Shown: positions 25,231-37,200 of the stretch, piece by piece
How positions within the stretch are numbered: position 1 is the stretch's first letter
Layout of the letters: every line of letters begins with the position of its first letter
Source of the DNA: Botryllus schlosseri
Taxonomy: Eukaryota
DNA: 64,000 nt
Reading direction: 5' to 3'
Assembly (NCBI GenBank): GCA_051294905.1
Contig: CM119384.1
Location: forward strand, 10,974,001-11,038,000
Notes under the pieces: generated by a model
Told to the model about the DNA's origin: nothing
The model's input: the letters and a program-made list of their open reading frames with translations, nothing else
The model's database searches: none
Translations under genes and position numbers: made by a program

Positions 25231-28200
25231 TCACGTTTCGTCTTTCAAGCTGTTGTCTTGCGGCGATAACAGCGGCTCTTCCGCTTCGGCCGCGTTTTCG
25301 TTCGGAGTTTTTGACCTCGTCTCGGACGAAATGACAGACTGCAGTTTCTTCACTATCTGATAGAATTCCGGTCTGAGAGCGGCATCGCGCTGGCAGCATT
25401 TCGTAATTAACGACGCGATTCTTTTGGAACCGTCGACGGTCGGTAACGTCGGGAAATTTTCCGACTCCATTTCTGCAGAAGACGGATACACGTCTGGTGG
25501 TATGTCATCGTAAATTGTCTAATATTAACGTTACAATAACAACAGGTCAATATAATGACTTGGAACATTCAGCCGATTTCAATTAACCAACAATCAGGTT
25601 TCCTGCCAAAGTTCAATGTGTAACTGATAGATGTTGATAAAAAAAGTGACTCAAATCTCTACTAATCTTAGGCCAAGGCAGGGTTGTAATGACTCGACTC
25701 GAGTCACGATTTTCTGACGACTCGACTTGACTCGAGTTATTTTCTCAGAATACGGAAATAATGACTCGGCTTGACACGAGTCAATCTGTGCATTGACCTG
25801 ACTTGGACTCGTGTCATTGCACATGACTCGAGACACAGACGGCCAAGACGGACATTTCATTGTAATTTCGAAGAATAGTAAGGTAATCACACAATTGGGA
25901 TTTGGTCTATTGGTACTGGAACTTGAAAATGAGACCAGAAACTGCTAAAAATGAGGAAAATTAGCATATTATAAATGCGCGAACCATTCGATATCATCAA
26001 GCATAGTTATAACAAGCGGGTTTACAAGACTTTAACTGGAAACAGCAGTCAACACAATGACTTGGACTCGGGCTCGAGTCACAATACCATGACTCGGACT
26101 CAACCCTCTGCTGGCTGACTTGGACTTGACTCGGTGGTGAGTTGAAAATGACTCGACTTGACTCGAGTCAAAACTACAAAAGTGAGATTGACTTGGAGCC
26201 TAGTGTCTTGGTTACAACCATGGGCCAAGGTGAAAAGGATCAAATTGGGAAAATTTGTTTCTCGTTACACAAATTGAAGTAAATCCAAAAACTGATTTTA
26301 AAGTCAGCAAAAATTAGCGGTTCAGCATTGAAAAACTGATTACTTAGAAGTAGTATACAAACAAACTACGTGAGTAAGTGGAACAAGTAGATGAAAACGA
26401 ACTACAAAAAAGTAGGATTATTTTGTTACCCATATATACAATATACATGTTGAGCTGGACAAGAGGGCGGTGCGTCAAAAAAGTTTGGTAACAACTGGTT
26501 TGTCTGACACATAACCGCAATGACGAATATCCAATCATCATAAACAACATGCATGGAGTCACAATAACATCACAATGATGTCCAATTGTTGATGTACCAG
26601 GATAATGTTAATACCACATTAACATACCTAAGTAACATATACGTACCTTGCATGAATTCCTCGTCGGAAAGATCGGAAAATGGAGTCTTCCCGGATGAGA
26701 ATATTTCCCAACACGTCACGCCATACGACCATACGTCGCTTTTCGAATGAGGTTTGCCCTGGTACAGTACCTCGGGCGGCAGCCATCGTATAGGAAGCAG
26801 TTGGTCGTTATGATTGCAATAGTCTCTGGAAATTGTGAGCGTAAATTCAAAGAAGAGCCATTGCTAATGCGGCATAACATGGAGACGGTGTCAGCTGTCA
26901 TATTCTTTGTTGACTGAAGGCTTACTTTTCAAAACCGTCCTTGGAAAGACTGAGAACGGAAAGCTTGACAACGTGCTTCGAGCTGATGAGGCAGTTTCTG
27001 GCAGAGACGTCGAGATGACACAATCCCAGCGAGCCTAAATGCTCCAACGCCGCAGCTATTTGGCAGCACATTTTCATCTGAATAAAGAATCGATCAATGA
27101 TGTGAAAGCCCACGAAAAAGGCAATGCGATTGTTCTCACTCTGGACTGCTTGCTGAAACGATGAATTTTACCCTCTCCAGAGGCTTGAAGACATAGTTTT
27201 AATATGCCCTGAAAATACAGTGGTGATCATCGGCACAGCGTGTAGGTAGTGTGCAATCTTGTTAAACAGATTTTTATTTTCAATATGATGTAATGAATGA
27301 TGCAATGGATACAGTTTATAGTTGTTATATAAGAATACATAACATGACAAGTGACGCCCACATGAACCGAAATCATCATGAATCATAGGCTGTGCAAACA
27401 AGTGACTGAATAAACATTAAACAACTATAAGCAGACTTTTGTGATGATATGCCATGTCGCCAGAATATTATTATAGTTAGGGCTGGGCGCAACAATTCGG
27501 GTCCTAATTACGATACATTTATTGACAAAAATGTGTCACACCCATTCCAAGTATTCTGTGATGAAGCAGTCGACTGCAGACGAACGTTCCCTGCACACCC
27601 CGAGCAGACGCCCGATATTTTCGTGGTCAGCGGTGAACAACATTTTCACCTCTCGATTGAAGGCCAACGATCCGGGATGGCCCGATAATAAATTCTTTGA
27701 TTCGTTTGGTGGATTTTCCGCACTGAAATGAAGCGTTGTCGATAGTTTCGACAGAATATGCAGTCATCGAATACAAGATGTCCTGTCTGTGATGACAGGC
27801 TCCCAGCAAAGTCGAACAGGCTGACTAATAGAATCATGACATCAATGACATTCGTGATAGGTAAAAAATTATCCTGAATACCAGACTACTTTACATCCAA
27901 AAAGATTGGACATCTCAGGAATCAGACTGATCAAGCACCAAGCGTAAACAGGCAGAAGCCAGTCATAAAAATTATAGCCGAGATGATATTTTATTTGAAA
28001 TTCCTGACAGCTAACTGTATACAGGCATGCATACTCTGAAGACGTAGGGTCAACATATGCTGTAATTGCTCACATATACGACATGTGTTTTGTATGAGAA
28101 CAAAAGTAATCGAGTATGCGGTACCGTATTGCTTTATATAAAATTTTGGTGTTGTCAAGAGCAGAGCCAAATGACCTTCTATATTCTATGCACGTAATTA

Positions 28201-31200
28201 CGATTGTAGAAATGGTGCCAAGAAATGCTAATTAAGTCCAGTTTCTATTTAATGTTACCTATTCAAATTTTGATCTACCTAAATTTGTAAATATTGCGTC
28301 ACACACGATACGCTACGCATACATTTCCGAATAGACAACGTGATTCAACATCAAATCCACAGTCAAATGATTAATAAGTATCAACAAAATAGCAACAATA
28401 CAACATAATACACGATCCATATTCAAGTAACAGGAACAAAAGAACACTCAAGATTCTATGGGACACTTTGCTAGTGGTTCACAGATTTAATCTACTACCA
28501 CTCCCATTAGATCAATGAAAGCAATCAAAAACCTAAAGAACCCATCCCAGAAATACCTCGGTTCCGGAGAGATTTTCTTGACCATCACTAAAATGTCATC
28601 GGTGACGTCTGGAATAAGCCCGGGCGCTTTCGACAACAGCACTTCGCCAAAACTGCCGCGACCTGACAAAGGAAAACATTATCGGATTGGCTCGGCTGTG
28701 AAAGCATCCTACAAAACTCACCGATAACCGCGACATGCTCCAGCTTCGAGTAATCGTACAGAAAATCATCGATGCCAGTAGGCAATGCCGTGACAGGGTC
28801 GTTATTCACACAATGGGAAGTACCTGAAACGGAGTGTGTTGGCAATAATCAAGGGCGTTGGAGTTTATTCAGCCCACTTCCAATATTCATATTATTGTGC
28901 AATACTCCCTTGTCTTCCAGCCAGTGCCGCTTGGGATTACTGACCAACAGATTATTCCCAGTAGGGGGCAAAACACTGCAGCCAGATGGACCCTATTACC
29001 AAATTACCATGCAGATGTGGGCGTTGTTTTTCTCCACACTCGTCAACCACCGGATCGTTATTCATACCGCTTACAGGATTCTCAATTAATCGTAATCGAT
29101 TATTTTGTATACGTAATTTATTGCTTTGTAGAAAGGTGATTACTCAACTTCCCAAGTTTTAATTTAAGAAGGACCCTGATAAAAACTGAACAATGAATGG
29201 TGCAACGCGACCAGTCATTGACAGTAGAAACATCGGACTTGTGAACCTCACTGCTCAGAATTGCATGAAAACTGATTATCCACACCTGATGCTGTATTAT
29301 AGTTGGCTAGCGTTTGATGTGCTAGTAAAACCAACGGTCTGTAATAGATCTGGTTACTAACAGGTACAGTTAGCTTGTAGGAGATGGTTGGTTGTGCTTG
29401 CCAGTTAATCGAAGTAGTATGTAAACCGCAAATATGCTCCTTTACCATATAAAAATTAGAAAATCTTGCAAGCGCGAAATAAAACATTACAATCCGAATA
29501 TCAAGTTGTTAAATCTCAGCAGCTGCTGACAGACATCCTATCTATAACCCCTCTGATTATTCGAGGTCTTCAAAATGGCGGCTCGCAATATCTATATCCG
29601 ATTATCCATGTTTATGTGGACTTTCGGTATTCTATATGTGTGTTATGTTATGTTACAAGACTCGTGCTTCGTTATGGCAGAAACCAATGTTCATTTTTCT
29701 TACTTGAAACGGGCTTAAATCATTATTTCACCATTTTCCGTCTAAAATGTTAATCTGCCATCATCGGTCACCTGCTTATCTCTAATCGTAATCGTGCCTT
29801 CCAGTATCAATTACATTGACACAGTAATCGCCTTACGCCTGCTCATCACAAGCAGCTGTTATAACAAGATACCGTCACAATTGCAGGCGACGGCACACAC
29901 ATACCGTTCATCATGATAGCTTCCTCCTGCGAGCTCGCGCCTTTACCCTTTTTGACGTGTCTTTTTCTCCTGCAAAGTACGAAATAGAGTCAAATAACGC
30001 AGAGCGATGTCGGAAAATTGATCAGGTAAACAGCAGGAGACCGCGACACAGTCTCCTCAAAGATCTTATGAAATTTCCAGTGACTTTCTCGTAAAGTACA
30101 TGTCCGATGACAATAGACTGACAACACACTACCGCAATTCAAACAATTATCATTAATCATAATTCAAATAATATAAAAATTCCATCTCACCTGCAGTAAA
30201 TTATAATAACGATAGTCGCACTCAGGTACGCAATACACCCGCCAGCCGCCAAAGCAATGGTTTGAACCTTTTGATATCGAGGGGAAGACTCGTCCTGTCC
30301 ACTGCCCGGGCCGTCCGTTTTCGGGATAAAAGTACCGTCGCGTTCTAAAAATCGGGCACATTGTTTCGGTGGTTTCATTCAAAAATGCAATTCAGAACAT
30401 GTTTTTTATATTAAGATATCCCCCTTAGGTTGCAGAGGTGGCCAGTAACAAAGTACTGTGCTTCAACTCTTTCGGAGTACTCGTAGGTTTTGGATAATTG
30501 CACAACTTATTCCGGGGGCGATCCACTTGCAATTCTATTTCACAGTTTTAATTGTCGTTTTTCAGGCAAAACTAGGCCTACAATACTACTTTTTACTTGC
30601 TTGAAAATCACTACTTGCATTTTCACTTGCACATGAGTAGAAATTAACGTTAATTATACTTCTCCTACTTCAGTACCAAATGCACTCTGACCAACTCCGG
30701 TAAGCGGTTAAGGTAACTGTTAATACAATCAGATATTATACAAGTTATTCATCAAACACTAGTTCTTATCCTCAGGTTCGATCCCAATTTGAATAAGACC
30801 AGCAGAGGTCTGGCTAGTCTCGACAGACCGAAACCGTACCCAGTTGACAATCACCTGCGACAACAAGCTCGGCACTGCGGGTGATGTTGAATCCGCAAGC
30901 CCGATAGTGACACGCGTACATTCCCGAGTCCGCAACGCTCGCATTTCTGACGATAAACGACCCGTTGTTAAGGATTGCGTACTTCATCGAATCGCTGTTG
31001 TCTCTAATGCCGAAGCGTCTTGCAGTGGAGTTTTTGCTTTCGATGGTCCAGTAGAGCTGAAAGTGACAGAAGAAGGCTGAGTTACCACAGTGTTGGCGGT
31101 TGCCGACAAGGCTTGACAGATTGCAGCAAGCTTTCACGACCAACATTCCATGTGAAATCCTATCCTCTAGTGACGCCGCGTGGCATGCGAGATCTTTTCT

Positions 31201-34200
31201 AGAGGTAAGATAAAGAGTTCAGTGGTGTTTCATGGTATTTATTGCGAATTTGTTGTACTTTGCAGTAGCTAAAAGCACAGTAAAACATGATGTAAGATTC
31301 ACTTCAGTCCCAATCAGGTGTTTCTACAAGCAAGGGTGGTAGCAAAAATACTGCACGAGCCCATTATAGATTATAATAAGGCACAGCTGCGTGCGAATTG
31401 ACGGCTCCAAAGTTTTTTTTGTGCCATTCAGTTATTACATAATAATGTTTCAATTTCCAGACAATTTGGTCACAAAGTATCTATTCATTATCACAGTAAA
31501 ATATAGTTTGGCCGAAATAAAATTTTTGTGAATTATGAAGCAGTGAAAAGTTTTGCTTGATTTGTTTCGTTCCGGCAACAATTCGATAGATGACGGCATG
31601 ACGCCAAATTTATACCACTTTATGCTTTTTAGCTGGTCATCGTCACTAGCCAATACCGGTGCACACGGTAAACCATATTGAAAATACTTAACCAAACCCG
31701 CTGACGTTACATAATGTAGAGTACACTTACTCGTGAACACCATGGCATCACACCACACAGTTACGTGCAGCAGATACAAACTCTTATGTAAAATAATCAC
31801 TAGAAATCGTCACTGAAATATACCCACACCAGTTGCCTATTACATGTCACCCAAGACAGATTTCTTTCTATATTTTGAGAAGAATATTTACTGCGCGTCA
31901 AGTCATATTTGCGCAGCTCCTGTGCCAGACTGATCTACTCGAGAATTGGCCAATGTACAAGGAGGCATGCTAGTATTCACAAACAACAAGCGAGGCTTCG
32001 GCACATTACTGATCGGAAATTTTGGATTCTGAGTACACAGTCATGGTTCACATTCATTTATTCCTACGGTCATCTCAAAGTGGAGAAGAAAACTGTCAAA
32101 ATACCTTCTCCAGCTCCAGTTCCGGAACGATACCGCAGTCAAACTTCACCGAACGCCCCTCAAACACCACCGATCCTTCCGGAGGCTTAACGATTTCCGG
32201 CTTTTCCCCGACCGACACCGTGACGTGGGCCTGGTCAGATTCGACCTGGCCCTCCTTGTCCCGCGCCACGCAGTGCGCCCGCCAACGATCGCCCGATTTC
32301 GGATTTGGCAACACCTTCAACGTTTTATTGGCAGGGCCATGTTCGATGACCGTGTACCGATCGGGATCCGTTTCTGCGAGCAGGTTAAAAGAGATGATTT
32401 GGACAAGGGGACGCACATGTTTAGCAGTTAATCGGAGCTGCCTACTTCTAAGTAGGTGTGGTGATCCGTAATTAGGCAATCATTGCTTTCCTCTGATTGC
32501 TTCTGTTGCACGAATACATTGTCGCTATTGTCTTGTCCCTCTATCCTTTTCTGTTCTGCTGTATGCTGTGTCGTAAACTGACTATCGCGTCGACATAACT
32601 AACTAAAGCTATATTGAAGTAAATGTAACCAATGTGTCTTTAAGCAACACACAACAGAACACAGCATACAGCAGAACAGAAAAGGATAGAGGAACATGGC
32701 GACAATGTATGGTGCAACAGAAGCAATCAGAGGAAAGCAATGATTGCCTAATTACCGTGGCAGTTCAGGATACCAGTTGACTGTAGGCCTTGACAAGACA
32801 ATCTATGGATTGCTAATTTCGAGAAATCATTCGACCCGACAATCATCAGCAAATTCTTGCATGGACTGGGGACTGTAGGCAACTGCATTACTAGACTTGA
32901 GTGAACCAGAAAATTGCTGTTTTCCAAAATATTTCGATTTGCCCTGATACGAAATGACCAAATTAGCTTTGAAGTGCCGTTATGGATTTGGACGGATACT
33001 TTTTGATTGAGATACGGCCAGCGAGATGATCAGAAAACGATATTTTGACGCCAATATATTCCAACAAAAGCCCCGGGTGCTACAGAACATCCAGACTATA
33101 AATTTGAGGACCGCAGTCAATCCGTCCTACTTCCAAAGCTGGAAATAATATCACGATACGTCCACTTTCTCCCTGATGATATACAGCATGGGAAAATTAT
33201 TTTCTAGCTACACGCATGCGATGTAGCGAAGATTTGACCGTAGGCAACTTCTCGCTTGGAGTTGATCAGAATCGAGCGCTAGGTGTACAGTACATCTGTA
33301 CAACTGACATACTTTCAATAACGGCAGCTAGTGCTGCCAGTGGTACCATTCGGTATCTCATCCTTCTTTTGCAGGCGGTGGATGTTTGGCGCATTGAATG
33401 CGGACAGACGATAGTTTGTCAAAATGAACGGCAGTTGCCGAGATGGTTACTTTGGTTCAACTGTGATACATGCGTGTTTTGTTGCAATATTTACCAACAA
33501 CCTAGGTGCTATCGATCTGGCCTTTTTGTAGTTGATTAGGTACGGCACTCGTGTTTTCAAATATTTTAGGATCACGACTGTTGCTCAATTTTCACAGAAA
33601 AAGGATTGAGAGCATATTTGCTGCTTGGCACCAACACCGGGACTGATAGCCGCGCTGCGCCATACCTGCGGTCCAATGAACTCGAGCGTTCGCCATGCCC
33701 CTCGCGCCGCAAAAAATCATGGCCGTCTTGTTCACCTCGACGCATACGTCGCTGGGACGTGGGTCGACTATTTTGAGTCGCTCTGCGAATGAGAACACTG
33801 TGACATCGTCTCACGATTATCTACTGCCGTTGTCGTACCTTCCACGTCGATTTTAGCGAACGAGGAATCTTCGCCTTGGTCGTTTCTCGCCACGCATTTG
33901 TAAGTGCCGGAATCGGAAGTAGATATGCTTTCGATGTACAGCTCCGGGCCCTAGAAATAGAAGAATGAAGTTTGAAACGATAAGACTCGAGTACACAAGG
34001 ATTGAAGAGAGTGTTGCCATAGAAGTAAGATTTCCAAGGTAGGACAAATATATTTTAAATGGAAACAGAAAAACCAAGGTTTGATTTGAATAGTAGTTTG
34101 GGACCCAATGTCAACTAAGACGTTGATATTTAAAAGATGCACCTCAACCAAAAACCTACATCAGGCAACGGCATTATAAATAAGTGCAATATCAACAGTC

Positions 34201-37200
34201 TTTTAGTGACACCAATACAATCTCGAGCGACATATTATCAGCCATCGACTGACAAATTGTCAAGAAACGAACATAAGATTTGGAACGGCAGTTTACACCA
34301 CCGAATACCAACACCAACGAATACACAAATAGGAAATAGCACAAAAGCACTTGCCGTATCTAAATCGTAACAAACACACGAAATCACAAAAGAGAACATA
34401 AAGTACGTGGAAAGAACGACAGTCGCTAAAAATCAGATCATTTCCCCACTAGAAAGAGCAGTTGCAACAATAAAAAAACTTTCAATTACAGCCTACGCAG
34501 CACAGAATCGAGGATAACAATCCGAACAAGTCACGGAGGAAAGTATCATTAAAGCTCATTTGCAACCTACTTTGATCACAAAACGGTCCTTATGCGACAG
34601 AGGAGATCCGTTCAAATACCAAACATAACTCGGAACCGGAACGCCTTCCGCAGGGCAGTTCAAAGTCACGTCGTCACCCTCTTTCTCCGTCCTCCTAATC
34701 AATTGCGATGTTATCCTCGGTTTCCCTGGAGCAGAGAACACAAACGATAAAAATCCCGCAAACGCCACCGCGCGACACACTCACGTTTGATGCGGAAGTG
34801 GAAAATCTTCGATACGTTCCCGGCGATGTTAACCGCGACACATTTGTATTCTCCTTCGTCCGATTGCCGCGCGGATACGATCACCAAAGTCGGATCTGTG
34901 GCGTGGCCTGCGTGGAAGAAGAGAGACGGTGATCATTTGCTTTTTGACACACAAGCAAACTCTGGCCTGACGGACATTCGAAAGGATTATACACCTTCCG
35001 ACCTAATACGGCATTGTCACATTATATCTACGTTCTACCAAACGCTTTCACATTTCGTTCAACGTAATCTTCAATTCATGATAACGAGTCCACCTAGCCA
35101 GCGATTTATTCAATTGTTTACTTACACCAAGATAAACAGTGTACATACCGTTCTCCATATGATCAAATGTAAAACTGTAGTACTGTCTATCAAATCGTTT
35201 CAGACGACACACGGAAATGATAAAATTGGAGACCAACAAACAGGCAAGTAAATAAATCACAGTTTCAGTGACATCATGACTGGAAATGCCGACTAAAGTC
35301 AAATTTATTTGCATTACTCGATTACGATTCACGTTGAACGAGTCAAATTAACATTGGTAAAATCAAGAGAAGACCCGCCGATTGCGTTTGCGGCGCACGT
35401 TCACAGCAACGATTTCCGACTCAAAAGCATACAACAGGCTACGTACTTCGATAATTTGTGTTTGACATCCACCGTGAGACCGGACATCGGACACAGGTGG
35501 CCACACCAAAATCAAACAATTCCTCATCGAAACACAATTACGGATGACAGCACGAGCGGCATCCTTGCACGCCACTATTTGAAACGGATCAAATCCTCGA
35601 AGTCGATCTGAACCACTACAATGGCCCACGCAAACATTAATTATTTGCAGATGGTAACAAAGGTATCGCTACGGGTATTAAGGGTTCTGTATCATTGCAA
35701 CGTTTTTCGTGCTGTCACAGCAAACATGAAATTATGCGAGTTTACAATTGATAATATATTGTTTACGATTATCACAAATTCTGATTTCAAATTATGGCAG
35801 AGCTGCTCAAAGTTTCATACAGTGTCCAAAAATCAGTGACAAATCATGCATTTCACACAACCACACTCCGCGGTTTTGTGCTCGTTGTAATAAGAGCCTG
35901 CCAGTTTGACCCATGCATAATAAAAATTTTAAAGCATCTTGTACCACAATTCAAATCATCCTAAATACATTTTTATTATAAAATTCACAAAATAAAGTTT
36001 GATACATCACATATTCACATTGGCGACAAAGCTGTGTGCAAGCTCTCAAAAATTGACTCAAAACGGATAGCATTACTGCCGCTTCTACGTAAGTAGCACC
36101 GGATTTGACCCGACGCCGTGAATGCACACAAAGTTACCTTCAGAAATACGCCTGTCATCCTTGTACCACGAGATAACTTCGGGCGGTTCCGCATCAACCG
36201 GCCCACAGTGAGTCTCGTGATTTTCACCCGGATCGAGTAATTCCTCTTCTCTGGCGTTATCAGTCATGGATATGTCTGTAATTAAAACACAGACTCAAGT
36301 GATCTTCATACAAGTGCTATTACGTTAATCGCTACAATGTCGGCATAGAAGTGTATACACGGCCGGCGCGATAAGACAGATATTCTAATATCTGGATATT
36401 AAAACTAATCTTGTTTGTCCTCGACAACTGTCTTAAGCATACGAGTAGATAAAGAAACACGGATGGAATTAGTTGCGCGTAGCAAATAGCCTGTCAATGG
36501 GGGATTGTAAATTAGAAAGTTACATGTTTGTTTGCTGTGGAAAATGTCGGAATAGGAGAGCTGATCACACAGTCACAGACCGATTGCAAAACATTAATAC
36601 AGCACACTGTACAAGAACTGACCTCGTGGCATCAGCAATCAACCGTATGCAGCTTGTCAAAATCAGCACACCTACAGTAGATTTAGATGTACGTATAAAA
36701 TTGTAAGGAGTTCTATAAATTTAGTACTATGATTAATTGGCAGCCTACTATTAATCTAGTCACAACCCCACCGGTAGGCTACTATTGGTGTCTTGATAAA
36801 AAGAAACGGTTATAGGGAATAACTGTATGAATGATAATCCGGAGGGCTAGCGTAGAAAGTTGATTCCTTCTACGAAATTACTATCAACCCTGGGGTTTCA
36901 ACCTTGGAAAATATGCAATAACCTTACGGCCTGATAGGGGTTGGCCAATATATGCTGGAAACCACTACAGTGACATTACCATAAAAGTACACAGAAAAAT
37001 ATTAAAACAAAAATGATATTTCATTAGATTTTATGATGGGGCCATGAAGTAAAACTGTTTGCAAGTTGAATAAGAACTTGTTAAAGTGAAATGCGATCTT
37101 CAACAAAGCAGCCACTTCGTTAAAAAATATCAAGCATAAGAAAAACCCACGCGCAATAGTAAGCTCAGCGGAGCCCCTCGACGTTTGGCCGTTAGTCCCA

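Noticed and set aside
28850-29100. Intronic NNDPV-like echo of the adjacent PTK7 exon as a mutually exclusive exon
   Set aside because: The similarity is only ~15 nt and no consistent splice pair or frame was found.
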